A stretch of DNA of 64,000 nucleotides. It comes from Candidatus Latescibacterota bacterium. GTDB lineage: Bacteria; Latescibacterota; UBA2968; UBA8231. The DNA lies in the NCBI GenBank assembly GCA_965208105.1, contig OZ242318.1, positions 1,504,001 to 1,568,000 on the forward strand, given 5' to 3'. The notes beneath the pieces are model-generated. The model did no database searches, was not told the origin of the DNA, and saw only the letters and a program-made list of their open reading frames with translations. The position numbers and the translations under genes were made by a program. This document shows, piece after piece, positions 39,153-49,402 of this stretch (positions are counted from its first letter, which is position 1; the number at the start of each line of letters is the position of its first letter).

Positions 39153-40247
39153 TCACCCCACCTCCCGCCTCACCGGCTCGCCGGTGAGGTAGCACCTGGT
39201 GATGTCGATGATCAGCTTCACGTCCTCGCGCGCCCGGGTCAGGGACGAGCGGCATTCCACCCCCTGGGTGATGCACTGGTGGAAGTGGCGCAGCTCGGCG
39301 GTGAAGGCGCTGTCCCAGGGAATGGCCGGCTCCTTGCGGTAGGTGGTGCCGTCCTCGTCGATGCCCTGCACCACCAGGGAGGACATCACCCGGCGCGAGA
39401 ATCCGGTGGGATAGGACAGGAGGACCCGCTTGTCATGGCCGTAGACCTCCAGGGTCTCGCGGAAATCCCACAGCTTCTGCAAATCCACCCGGGTGAGCAC
39501 GCAGCGCGCCCCGTTGGGATACTCCATGACGGTGGTGATGGCGCGGTCGTTCTGCCAGATCTCGGCGCTGATCACCGCCGAGGGCGGTCCCAGCATGGTG
39601 CGCAGGCTGTAGAGGTCGTGGATCAGCCCGGAGGTTATGCCGCTGACAGGCTCGGCCGCCTCGCAGAGCTCGCCGAAGGCGTCGCGCATGGTTTCCTGGT
39701 AGGCCTTGCGGCCCTCCGTCCTGGCACTCTCGGGGACGTCGTCGAAGCGCTTGACCCTGAACTGTCCCAGGTGGAGCCAGTTGTTCGGATGCAGGTGGTT
39801 GATCTGAACGAAGTCGAAGCCGTCCATGGCGTCGATCTCGCGCTTGGCCATGAGGAATCCCGGATCGTAGATCTTCATGTAGGCGGCCTGCCCCACCTTC
39901 CCCGACTTTTCGGCCGCGGCGATCATGGCGTCCGCTTCCTGCAGCGAGGCGCACACCGGCTTCTCGATGAGGACGTGCTTGCCGGCCTCGAAGGCCTGCA
40001 GGGCGGCCCCGGTCTTGGGGTCCGAGTGGCAGAGGAGTACCGCGTCGATATCCGCGGCCATGAGATCGCCGATGTTGCTCAGGTGCCGGGGCACCTTGAA
40101 GCGCCGCGCCACGTACTCGGCCGCCTTCGGCGAGATATCGCATACGGCTGCGACCTCGAACTCTTCGTCGAGCTCGAGCAGGTTGGGCAGATGCTGGACC
40201 TGGGCGATGTGGCCGCAGCCGACGACGCCGATGCGTACAGGTGCCAT
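39153..40247 (-). CDS. Gfo/Idh/MocA oxidoreductase
   Basis: IGVVGCGHIA, GKHVLIEKP and IHDL. Confidence 0.92.
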   Translation of the reverse strand: MAPVRIGVVGCGHIAQVQHLPNLLELDEEFEVAAVCDISPKAAEYVARRFKVPRHLSNIGDLMAADIDAVLLCHSDPKTGAALQAFEAGKHVLIEKPVCASLQEADAMIAAAEKSGKVGQAAYMKIYDPGFLMAKREIDAMDGFDFVQINHLHPNNWLHLGQFRVKRFDDVPESARTEGRKAYQETMRDAFGELCEAAEPVSGITSGLIHDLYSLRTMLGPPSAVISAEIWQNDRAITTVMEYPNGARCVLTRVDLQKLWDFRETLEVYGHDKRVLLSYPTGFSRRVMSSLVVQGIDEDGTTYRKEPAIPWDSAFTAELRHFHQCITQGVECRSSLTRAREDVKLIIDITRCYLTGEPVRREVG

Positions 40248-40302
40248 AGGAAATTTCCTTTTCTATAGGTTTAAAATGTCGCGGACGGCATGACCGGGTT
40301 TC

Positions 40303-40956
40303 TCAATAGTGGACGTGCACGTGGCCGGAGCGCGGCGCCAGCGCGTTCCACTCCTGCGCCAGCCCGGTGACCTCCCTGAAGGTCTCGAGCAGCGGATCCC
40401 ACATGTTGTCGCGGATGTCGGAGGCCGCCTTCTCGTCCCCGGCGGCCAGGGCCTGCTTCAGCGCCCCGGAGCACTGCTCCTGGATGCGGGCGCAGTTCCG
40501 CGCCACGGTTGCCACCCGGTTGGCGGTCTCCAGGTGCCGGTCGATGAGCTCGTCGATGGGGGTGGTGGAATCGGTCTCGGTGTTGTAGTCGCTCGAAGGC
40601 CTGAAGTGGGGCCGGCGGCGTTCGCCGTTTTCGTCGTACATGGTGTGGGTCGGCTGGATGTGGGGGGTGACCGACAGGTACATGTAGACCGGCTCGTCTC
40701 CCAGGACCCGGACCGAGTGGGGCTCGTCGAGCAGGGCGTAGCACATCTGCCCCGGCCCCAGCTCATGTACTTCGTCGTTGATCTTGAACTCCACCCGCCC
40801 CGAGAGGATGATGAAGATCTCGTGCCCCAGGTCGTGGGTGTGGTAGCCATCGTGGGACCCGGAGCCGGGCTCCAGCTTGCAGAACCGGGCTCTTATCTGC
40901 GGGGTGACCAGGATGTTGCGGATATCCTCGCGGCAATCGTATACGGTGAAACCCAT
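40303..40956 (-). CDS. Cupin-domain protein with helical C-terminal extension
   Basis: HTHDLGHE and PGQ......EPH cupin metal motifs. Confidence 0.8.
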   Translation of the reverse strand: MGFTVYDCREDIRNILVTPQIRARFCKLEPGSGSHDGYHTHDLGHEIFIILSGRVEFKINDEVHELGPGQMCYALLDEPHSVRVLGDEPVYMYLSVTPHIQPTHTMYDENGERRRPHFRPSSDYNTETDSTTPIDELIDRHLETANRVATVARNCARIQEQCSGALKQALAAGDEKAASDIRDNMWDPLLETFREVTGLAQEWNALAPRSGHVHVHY

Positions 40957-41010
40957 GATCTTCTCCTCTGCTGATGGTGAAGTTTATTCCTCTTTCCGCT
41001 CCCGCCCCGC

Positions 41011-42282
41011 TCAGGGCGGGCCGTCCAGACCCAGGGCCACGTCTATCTCCTGCTGATAGGCCCTGACCGTTCCGGCAAGCATCTCCTCCATGCTCACGGC
41101 CCTGCCCAGTTGCGCCGATTCGTAGGCTCCTACCACCGCCGCCACCGCCTTCATCCCCCCCAGTCCGTCCACTTCCGGCTCCCGCCCCTGGAGAATGGCC
41201 TCCCCGAAATCGTGGTACTCGATGGCCAGGTGCATGGCGTCCACCTCGTAGGCGGGTAACGGCGAGTCCGGCATCTCGTACTCCACCCCCTTTTCGCCAA
41301 AGAGGCGCGCGGTGATCTCGTTGAGCTGAAAGTCGGGCAGCAGCTCCAGGATCTCACGTCCCTTGAACTCCCGACCCTCCAGGTTCAGCACCACCGGCCT
41401 GCCGTTGCGCTCCCCGGGAGAGTAGAGGGCCCCCAGGCGTCCGTGCACGCTGCGCTCCCAGCCCCGGCTCTCCCTTCCCCCGGCCATCGTGAACTGCACC
41501 ATGGCCCCGGACTCCATGCGGTAGAGGGCCACCACCGCGTCCTCGCCGGTGGCCTCGACCGCGTCGGGATAGGTCCTGGCGCGCTGGCGGTAGGAGACCA
41601 GGGGGTGGTCGTCGTAGGCCGTGGGCCGCCGCCGCACCGGCTCGACGATGAAGCCGGCGCCGTAGATCTGCTCGTACTCCCCCATGTAGTAGCGGATGAT
41701 GTCGGCGTAGTGCACCCCCATGTCCAGCCCGATGGCCCCCTTCACCTTGAGATGGCGCCAGGGGGTGATGACGATGGTATCGTCTCCCCCCATGGACATC
41801 TGGACCATCAGGTGGACCTCGCCCAGAATCCCCGCCTCGATGACCGCCCGCGCCAGGCGGTTGACCGGGTCCCGGCGGTAGTTTTCGGCCGTGGCCAGCA
41901 CCGCCCCCCCGGCCGAGGCGGCGTCCATCATCGCCCGGCAGGCGCGCATGGAGATGGCCAGGGGCTTTTCCACCAGGGCGTGCTTGCCCGCAGCCAGGGC
42001 CGCCGCCGCCACCTGGTGGTGGGTCGAGCCGTCGGTGACCACGTCCACGGCGGCAATGTCGCTCCGGGCGAGGACCTGGTCCAGATCGTGGAATACCATG
42101 GGACGCCGCCCCAGGAGGCGCTCGGCCTCCCCCGCCACCAGCTCGGCGTTCTCCGGGCGCAGGTCACACAAAGCCACCAGCTCGAGGTTGGCGATGCCGC
42201 TGTCCTCCAGCTCCTTGTAGCCCATGGTGTGGCGATGCCCCATGCCGCCGCATCCCACCAGGCAAACCGGCACTTTTTCCAC
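41011..42282 (-). CDS. Gfo/Idh/MocA oxidoreductase
   Basis: LVGCGGMG, GKHALVEKP and DMGVH. Confidence 0.92.
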   Translation of the reverse strand: MEKVPVCLVGCGGMGHRHTMGYKELEDSGIANLELVALCDLRPENAELVAGEAERLLGRRPMVFHDLDQVLARSDIAAVDVVTDGSTHHQVAAAALAAGKHALVEKPLAISMRACRAMMDAASAGGAVLATAENYRRDPVNRLARAVIEAGILGEVHLMVQMSMGGDDTIVITPWRHLKVKGAIGLDMGVHYADIIRYYMGEYEQIYGAGFIVEPVRRRPTAYDDHPLVSYRQRARTYPDAVEATGEDAVVALYRMESGAMVQFTMAGGRESRGWERSVHGRLGALYSPGERNGRPVVLNLEGREFKGREILELLPDFQLNEITARLFGEKGVEYEMPDSPLPAYEVDAMHLAIEYHDFGEAILQGREPEVDGLGGMKAVAAVVGAYESAQLGRAVSMEEMLAGTVRAYQQEIDVALGLDGPP

Positions 42283-42484
42283 CGCTACCTCCTGCTATCC
42301 TTTCATTTCGCCGCGATGCACGACCATTGAATCCGCGCCCCTTCCCGGCAGAGAAAATGCACTCTGCATCCGTTGACCGCAATTTTGGCCTAAGCTATCT
42401 TTTTCCGCACCAGGCTCCACCCTGGTGCCCGGTCCCGGACACCAGGCCCCCGGCGTAATCACAGTCCACAGGAAAGGCAGAATC

Positions 42485-43831
42485 ATGGCAGCATCCCGGG
42501 CAGAGGACCGCATCTTCCACCGCGCCCTGAAGGAAGAGTGGCCGCAGATTTCACACGGAGAAGGGGTCTATCTCGTCGGCACCGACGGCCGGCGCTATCT
42601 CGACGCCTGCGCCGGGGTCCACGTGGTCAGCATCGGCCACGGCGTCGAGGAAATCGCCTCCGCCATGAGCGCCCAGGCCGCCCAGGTCTGCTTCACCTAC
42701 GCGCGCTTCCTCACCGAGGCGCAGTTGGACCTGGCGGCCAAGATCTCCTCCATCACGCCACCGGGCCTGGACCGCGTATTCTTCGTCTCCGGCGGTTCCG
42801 AGGCCACCGAATCGGCCCTGAAGATGGCCCGCAAGTACCACCTCGCAACCGGCAATCCAAAGAAGCACAAGGTGATCTCGCGCTGGCAGAGCTGGCACGG
42901 AAACACCATAGGCGCCCTCTCCATGTCCGGGCGCTCGCCCTGGCGCGACGACTACGTCCCCTACCTGCTCGACTTTCCCCATATCTCCCCTTCCTACTCC
43001 TACCGCTGTCCCTACTGCAGGGACTGCGGCGAATGCCGGCTCGAATGCGCCGCCGAGCTCGAGCGCACCATCGAGCAGGAGGGCAGCGAGTACATCTCCG
43101 CCTTCATCGCCGAGCCCGTTCTCGGCACCTCCGCCGCAGGGGTCGCGCCGCCCGAGGGCTACTTCCCAATGATCAGGGAAATCTGCGACCGCCACAACAT
43201 CCTCATGATCGTCGACGAGGTGGTCACGGGATTCGGCAGAACCGGGGTCAACTTCGCCATCGAGCACTGGGACGTGGTCCCCGACATCATGGCCACGGGA
43301 AAGGGCCTGAGCAGCGGCTACACCCCCATTGCGGCCACCATGGCCCACGACAGGATATACGACGCCATCTACGCCGAATCCACCGCTTTCGTCCACGGCC
43401 ACACCTACGGCGGCAATCCCCTGTCCTGCGCCACCGCCCTGGCGGTGCAGAACTACCTCGAAGAGCACGACTTGGTTTCCCGCTGCGCCCGCATGGGGGA
43501 GCTCATGCTGGAGAAGCTCGTCCCCCTGCAGGAACTGCCCATCGTCGGCGAGGTGCGCGGCAAGGGCCTGCTCACCGGGGTCGAGTTCGTCGCCGACAAG
43601 GAACGGCGCACCCCCTTCGACCCCGCTGAGGGGGTGACCTCCAGGATCGTCGACCGCGCTTTCGACAAGGGAGTCCTGATAATGCCCGGGGCCCCCGGGC
43701 TGGTCGACGGAGTCCGCGGAGACCACATCGCCATCAGCCCGCCTTACATCATCGACTCCTCCCAGGTGGAGGAAACCGCCGCGGTGATCGAAGAGTCCAT
43801 CAGGGAAATCGGCCGGGAGCTGGGGTACTGA
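42485..43831 (+). CDS. Class III (omega-amino acid/BioA-like) PLP aminotransferase
   Basis: GGSEATE, WHGNT, FIAEP, DEVVTGFGRTG, GKGLSSGY and HGHTY. Confidence 0.93.
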   Translation: MAASRAEDRIFHRALKEEWPQISHGEGVYLVGTDGRRYLDACAGVHVVSIGHGVEEIASAMSAQAAQVCFTYARFLTEAQLDLAAKISSITPPGLDRVFFVSGGSEATESALKMARKYHLATGNPKKHKVISRWQSWHGNTIGALSMSGRSPWRDDYVPYLLDFPHISPSYSYRCPYCRDCGECRLECAAELERTIEQEGSEYISAFIAEPVLGTSAAGVAPPEGYFPMIREICDRHNILMIVDEVVTGFGRTGVNFAIEHWDVVPDIMATGKGLSSGYTPIAATMAHDRIYDAIYAESTAFVHGHTYGGNPLSCATALAVQNYLEEHDLVSRCARMGELMLEKLVPLQELPIVGEVRGKGLLTGVEFVADKERRTPFDPAEGVTSRIVDRAFDKGVLIMPGAPGLVDGVRGDHIAISPPYIIDSSQVEETAAVIEESIREIGRELGY

Positions 43832-43881
43832 CCCGCCGGGGCCTGTGACGAGCTTTCTTCGGCCCCCTGACGGGCACCGCC

Positions 43882-45432
43882 TCAATCCCCGAACTGGAAG
43901 GCGAAGAGCTTGACGTTCTTGGAGTAGAACTTGAGCTTGACCGGCCTTCCGGCCAGCGCGCCCAGGTCGGATCTGCCCTCCCAGGTTACCATGTTGGCGA
44001 ACCCGGTGGCGCTCAGGTTATCGGCTTCGGCGAACCTGTAGCCCGGCAGCGGGGTGTGGTCCGCGGCCAGCACCTCCACCTTCAGCTCGGGCCGGCCGGC
44101 GCCCCAACCCTGCCACGCACCGCGCATGTTCACCCGCAGCGTCCTGCCCTCGAAGACGAAAGCCTTGGTCACCACCTGGCCGTATTCCTGAGAGCCGCTG
44201 TCGATGGAAACGAAGCCGTCCAGGGGCACCACCGCCAGCCCGATTCCCGCCTGGGGCCCGTCCTCGCCGAACTCCTCCATGAGACGGTCCATCTGGACCG
44301 ACGCGCGCCAGTTCTGCCCGCCGTAGTAGATGAAGATCTTGTCGTCGTGGACGATGGGCTGCAGGGCATAGACAGTCACCGAGTCGAAGTCCCCTTCGTC
44401 TCCAGCCTGGATGAAGGGCTCCCGGTAGCGCCGGTCGTAGTTCACCCCGTCGCGGCTGAACACGAGCTGGGGCAGAATGGTGGTGCTGGTCTTGCGGAAA
44501 TTCCACAGCATGCCGAGGTAGATGTTCTCATAGGTGGTTGCCCACATGCTGTAGAACTCCAGGTCGGGAGGGTCGGCGGCGTCGGGCTTGAGAATGGTCT
44601 CCGGCTCGCTCCACCGGATCAGGTCGGGACTCTCGGCGCGGCCGAGAATGCGCATGGCCGGCGGACACAGGTGACGGCCGAAGACGGCGTGCTTGTTGAT
44701 GCAGTTCTCCATGTGGGCGGCGTAGACCTTGCGAATGGGATCCCAGCCCATCATTCCCGTGGGCCCCCAGATGGATTCGGGGCGGTCGATAACCGGATTC
44801 TGCGGGTGGGGAGTCCAGTTGAAGGCGTCCCCCGAGTAGTAGAGATTCCACACGAATCTCTTGTTCCTCCCGGGGACGTCCGGATCGGAGACATCGCGGT
44901 CGGTTTCACCGTCACCTCCCGGCTCATCCGTGGCAACCTGGGCCATGGCCTTGAAGCGCTTGGCGGGGTCGCGCTCGTTGGGGTCGACGAAGATCCCCCC
45001 CTTGAATCTGCGCCAGCCCTGCGGCCCAACCAGGTTGTTCGCCTTCGAGCCCTGGAACTCGACCTGCCCCAGGTCAGGCTTCACCCAGTGGAAGCCGTCC
45101 TCGGAGAAGGCGTAGCACGTCCCCCGGTTGACCTTGTCGGGTACGCTGGGGACCAGCTTCTTGGGTACGCGACGCGTGGCCGAGAAGTGCCAATTGCTGT
45201 ACCACATGCGGAACTGCTTCTCTTCCTCGTCGTAGAGCACCGTGCCGTAGTGCAGCTCGTTGCCTTCCCAGGGGCGGTCCTTGCGAATGACCGGATTGTC
45301 CCGGTATTTCACCGCCGGGTTCATCACGAAGGCCGCGTCCTTCAGACTCTCCACGAGGAAGTCGTCCAGAAAGAGCTGCTTGCGGGTCCCGATGTGGATC
45401 AGCCCGGGGTTCCAGGTGTCTTCTCGAGGCAT
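43882..45432 (-). CDS. Putative glycoside hydrolase-like beta-propeller protein (paralog 1)
   Basis: QLFLDD, repeated S.D...W motifs, IYYGG and DGFVS; no signal peptide; start ATG 45432. Confidence 0.65.
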   Translation of the reverse strand: MPREDTWNPGLIHIGTRKQLFLDDFLVESLKDAAFVMNPAVKYRDNPVIRKDRPWEGNELHYGTVLYDEEEKQFRMWYSNWHFSATRRVPKKLVPSVPDKVNRGTCYAFSEDGFHWVKPDLGQVEFQGSKANNLVGPQGWRRFKGGIFVDPNERDPAKRFKAMAQVATDEPGGDGETDRDVSDPDVPGRNKRFVWNLYYSGDAFNWTPHPQNPVIDRPESIWGPTGMMGWDPIRKVYAAHMENCINKHAVFGRHLCPPAMRILGRAESPDLIRWSEPETILKPDAADPPDLEFYSMWATTYENIYLGMLWNFRKTSTTILPQLVFSRDGVNYDRRYREPFIQAGDEGDFDSVTVYALQPIVHDDKIFIYYGGQNWRASVQMDRLMEEFGEDGPQAGIGLAVVPLDGFVSIDSGSQEYGQVVTKAFVFEGRTLRVNMRGAWQGWGAGRPELKVEVLAADHTPLPGYRFAEADNLSATGFANMVTWEGRSDLGALAGRPVKLKFYSKNVKLFAFQFGD

Positions 45433-45446
45433 GGAATTCTCCGTTT

Positions 45447-48392
45447 TCAGAGAGCAGGGCCGTACTCGGTGAAGCCCACGAGGGTCCGCACGAAGAACGA
45501 CCATCCGTCGCGGTTCCTGAAGCGCTGGAAGAGATCGTCAAACTGCTTTTGATCTCTCCTGATCCCGACGATGGTGTAGAGGTCGTAGCCGAAATAGGCC
45601 GTGCGGTTGCTGAGGGTGAAGAAAGCGGTGCGCTGCTCGAATCCATTGCGCTCCCTGACCTGGTCGTCCACCCGGTAGGGCAGGGGACCCCATCCCTGGA
45701 TTCCCGCCAGAAAGGCCGTCCGCGGGAGCAAGGGGTACTCCAGGCGCAGAATGGGGATGGTGCGCAGCTCCGAGTAGAGACGGCGGCTGCCGTAGCTGCC
45801 TTCTCCGGGCCGGTCGGTTCCCTGGTCCACCAGGCGCAGGAGCATGAACTTGAACTGGGGCACGACCCGCAGCCGGCCCAGGTGCCGGGTGTACTGGAGC
45901 TGGCTCACCACGGTCCACGAATCGAGCCGGCGGCCGCGCTGGAAGAGGCCGCTGTGCAGCTCTCCGCCCTGCTGCCAGTTGAGCCGCAGGCGCAGCTTCT
46001 GCGCCAGCTTGAGGGCCGGCCATGGACTCAGCCGCGCCTCGCCGTAGACCTCCTCGACCCAGCTGTCCTTGTAGAACAGGAGGTCCCGGCGCATAAAATT
46101 GGAGAAAGTGGGCGCGTTGAGGCGCAGCAATCCCCCCCTGGATCCGAGATTGGTTGCGCCCGGCTTTTCCACCAGCACCGAGAACTCGTCGGCAATGTCG
46201 TCTTCCACCCGGCGCAGGTGGCTCTCCAGGAACAGGCGGTCAAGGCGGCCCTGCCCTTCCCTCAGGTAGGTCAGCAGGACGTAGGTCGAGCGGTTGCGCC
46301 CGGCGGCGGCAATCTCCTCCACGTCGTAGCGGCCCAGTGTCAGGGACAGGTTGGAGGTCATGCCCACCCGCCCGAAGAGGTGGTAGCCGCGCTGGTCGTG
46401 GTCGTAGGGATAGTCCGGGTCCAGGTCGTCCTCCCGATGGTCGGGCTCGTCGTTGTTGTTGCGGTCCATTCCGTAGGTGTACTCGTTGGGTTCAACGTCC
46501 CACATGAGGAAGGGCTCCTCGTAGTCGGGCAGCCCGTTGCCGTTGCGGTTGGTCTCGGGTAGGCCGTCGCGGTCGGCGTCGAGGCCGGGAAAAACCCCGT
46601 CCGGATCGCCGTCGAGACGGTCCCTGGGACTGCCCAGGACATTGCCCAGACGTTTGTCAGGATAGCGGTCCCCATCCTCGTTGTCCTGAATCAGCTCCCA
46701 GTAGACGGTCTGGTTGACCAGGGCCGCCAGGTGGCCCGAGGTCAGCGCAACCTCGAAGGGAACGTAGGCGCGCATCTCGGTTCTGAAATCCGGATGGATG
46801 GAAAAGTACTCCCCGCCGACGCTGCCGCGGCCGAACCAGCGGGAAAAATTGATGTAGTAGGCTGCCCCGCGCCGGGCGGAGCGGGCGGAGCGCTGGTAGA
46901 TGGGCTCCCCGTCGAGCTCGGCCGGGTAGCGGGCGTAGAGGTCGGACCGGGCGTACTCGGCCTTGATCTCCACACCGGCCAGGCGCAGATTGGCGTCGGC
47001 GCTGTAGACGAAGAGGGCGGTGTTCTCCCCCACGGCAATCCGCCTCCTCTTCAGGTTCGACAGGTCCCGCACGTTGCCCTCGGCCTGCAGCGCGGTCCGG
47101 TAGAAGGCAGACCGGTACCGGGTCGCATGATTGCGCGCACGCGGGTTGTCGTCCCGCAGGGTCGCTACCTCCACCCGGTAGTCGTTCCCCAGGAGGGCTT
47201 CCACCTCCACCGACTCGACGCGGGGTTCCCGCGACAGATCGAACAGGAAGACGAGCTGATCCTCGCCATCGGCGCGCAGCACCGCCTCGGGGGATTCCAC
47301 CTGGTAGTCGGCCAGCAACCCCTCCAGATCAACATCTCCGCTCACGTCCACTCCGGCTTCGTGGTCGAGGCGGTAGAAGTAGTCGGCGTAGAGGGGGACC
47401 TCGTCCCGTCCACGGTAATAGGAAGTAGCCGACTGATAGTAGCCGGTGAAGGTGTTGTAGACGAGTGTGCGGAACTCCCCGGTGGCGCGCGAGACGCTGC
47501 CCACCCGTATGGGGGCGCCGGACCGGTGGCGGATCACCGCCGGGCGCAGGTCCTGGCGTTCCTCGCCGTTGACGATGAGCCTCACCTCCTGCACTACCGC
47601 CCCGGCCTCCCCGTCGGCGGGCGAATCGTCCCCGAAGCGCACCACGACCCAGTCGAGCATGGGGTATTCGGGGCGCAGCACCCCCTTGAGACTGTTGTCT
47701 TCCCGGGTGCTCTGGTAGACGTGCATGTTCACCCCGTTCAGGCCCAGGCGCAGGCCCCCGATCTCGGCCTGGGCGCGGCCCCCGAGGAGCAGGGTCGAAG
47801 CGTCGGCGTAGTCGGTGTCCTCGCTGGACCATGGGGGAATCAGGCCGCCGTCCCAGAAATAGCGCGGCCTTTCCATGCGCGAGCCCAGGATGGTGGCCTG
47901 CAGCCGCGGGGTGGACAGGTCCAGGCGCGCCCCGTTGAAGGTCGCCTGCGACAGGGTCAGGGGGGTGAAGCGCGCGATCTGCCCGTCTCCCAGTACGATG
48001 CTGTAGCCCAGGTCCTTGTAGCTGTCCCGTCCCACCAGAATGTGGTAGAAGTTTCCCCGCATCCGGTTCATGTCGGTGAAGATGGCGCTGCCGTACTCCA
48101 GCCCCGGGATGCGGGTCTCTTCCCAGCGGTAGAGATCGTATCCGGTGAGAAGGTAGTTCCCCATGGCGTCGTGATGGATGCGCATGTTGTCCTGGTAGGG
48201 GAAGGCGTGATCCGGATACTGGGAGTAGGTGCGGAAGGCGTAGTTGCGGTAGGATGGCCGCTCTTGCCGCATGAAGGGCCGCAGCGGCTGGAGCTCGGAT
48301 AAACCAGGCCGCGGACCCTCCTCACCGCCCGCCTGCACCGCCGGCAGCAGCAGGACGAGGCCTGTCAGACAGCAATTTCGAAGTAGTGCCAT
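45447..48392 (-). CDS. Large secreted/outer-membrane-like protein (981 aa) with Asp-rich calcium-binding-like repeats
   Basis: Signal peptide; DxDxDG/DxNxNG-type repeats in the middle; alternating hydrophobic beta-strand pattern in the C-terminal third. Confidence 0.7.
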   Translation of the reverse strand: MALLRNCCLTGLVLLLPAVQAGGEEGPRPGLSELQPLRPFMRQERPSYRNYAFRTYSQYPDHAFPYQDNMRIHHDAMGNYLLTGYDLYRWEETRIPGLEYGSAIFTDMNRMRGNFYHILVGRDSYKDLGYSIVLGDGQIARFTPLTLSQATFNGARLDLSTPRLQATILGSRMERPRYFWDGGLIPPWSSEDTDYADASTLLLGGRAQAEIGGLRLGLNGVNMHVYQSTREDNSLKGVLRPEYPMLDWVVVRFGDDSPADGEAGAVVQEVRLIVNGEERQDLRPAVIRHRSGAPIRVGSVSRATGEFRTLVYNTFTGYYQSATSYYRGRDEVPLYADYFYRLDHEAGVDVSGDVDLEGLLADYQVESPEAVLRADGEDQLVFLFDLSREPRVESVEVEALLGNDYRVEVATLRDDNPRARNHATRYRSAFYRTALQAEGNVRDLSNLKRRRIAVGENTALFVYSADANLRLAGVEIKAEYARSDLYARYPAELDGEPIYQRSARSARRGAAYYINFSRWFGRGSVGGEYFSIHPDFRTEMRAYVPFEVALTSGHLAALVNQTVYWELIQDNEDGDRYPDKRLGNVLGSPRDRLDGDPDGVFPGLDADRDGLPETNRNGNGLPDYEEPFLMWDVEPNEYTYGMDRNNNDEPDHREDDLDPDYPYDHDQRGYHLFGRVGMTSNLSLTLGRYDVEEIAAAGRNRSTYVLLTYLREGQGRLDRLFLESHLRRVEDDIADEFSVLVEKPGATNLGSRGGLLRLNAPTFSNFMRRDLLFYKDSWVEEVYGEARLSPWPALKLAQKLRLRLNWQQGGELHSGLFQRGRRLDSWTVVSQLQYTRHLGRLRVVPQFKFMLLRLVDQGTDRPGEGSYGSRRLYSELRTIPILRLEYPLLPRTAFLAGIQGWGPLPYRVDDQVRERNGFEQRTAFFTLSNRTAYFGYDLYTIVGIRRDQKQFDDLFQRFRNRDGWSFFVRTLVGFTEYGPAL

Positions 48393-48646
48393 TTCAGTTC
48401 AGCCTGGTTACGCGGATGCAGGGAGATCGCCCCCGGCCACGCTCATGCCTTCTGGTCTTCTCTCGCTTCCCGGAAGCCGTCGCCCGCCGCGACGCCATCG
48501 TCCAGGTTCCCGCATTTCCCGGTTACCCCGGATCTCGGGCCAATTTCTTTTAGTTCTATTTTCACCCATTGTCAAGCGGATTCGGCGCTGCCCTGCAGCG
48601 GGGGGAGAATTTGATTCCCCTCCTCGAAGAGGTATATTCAGTCGTC

Positions 48647-49402
48647 ATGGCTTCTCTCAGCTTTCGCGCCCGCGTGCCCACCTTCGACGCCAACGTAGGG
48701 GTCGGTCACCGCCACGACCAGCCCGCACCCTTCGAAACCCCGGACCAGCTCCTGGCAGAGATGCAGCGGCACGGGGTCGAGCGCGCCCTCATCTACCACC
48801 GCCACGGCGAGAGCATCAGCGCCTTCGAGGGCAACAGGCTGCTGACCAGGTGGGCCGCCGAGAAGGGTCCCTTCACCTACCAGTGGGTAGCCAGCCCCGA
48901 CCGCGAAAGCATGAAGCAGCTCAGCGAACTGCACCGGGACGGCAGGGTGACCAGCGTGCGGCTGCACAACATCCAGCCCGAATACGCCCCCTTCTCGGAC
49001 TGGATCTACGGCGAGCTCATGGAGTGGCTCCAGGCCGAGCGCATCCCCACCTGGATCTCCCTTGCCGAGACACCGGCCGCCGAGCTCATCGAGATGCTCA
49101 AGCTCTTCCCCGACCTGGTGACCGTATTCGTGGGCGCCCACTACGTCCACGCCATGCTGGTGCGGCCGCTTCTGCGAAACCAGCGCCACTCCTACCTGGA
49201 GCTCAGCCGCTACGAAGTCCTGGGCGAGCTCGAGGCCCTGAAGGAGGAGTTCGGCGCCGGCCGCCTGATCTACGGCTCCTACTACCCCCGCTTCGCCATG
49301 GGACCCATGCTCTACTACGCGCACCACATGGGCCTGAGCCAGGCCGAGCTCGCGGCGGTGTGCTGCGGCAACCTCGAAAAAGTGCTGGGAGGAGAGGGAT
49401 GA
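48647..49402 (+). CDS. Amidohydrolase_2-like protein with degenerate metal site
   Basis: TIM-barrel amidohydrolase pattern (RLIYGSYYP), but FDANVG replaces DxHxH and the GSD Asp is absent. Confidence 0.7.
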   Translation: MASLSFRARVPTFDANVGVGHRHDQPAPFETPDQLLAEMQRHGVERALIYHRHGESISAFEGNRLLTRWAAEKGPFTYQWVASPDRESMKQLSELHRDGRVTSVRLHNIQPEYAPFSDWIYGELMEWLQAERIPTWISLAETPAAELIEMLKLFPDLVTVFVGAHYVHAMLVRPLLRNQRHSYLELSRYEVLGELEALKEEFGAGRLIYGSYYPRFAMGPMLYYAHHMGLSQAELAAVCCGNLEKVLGGEG

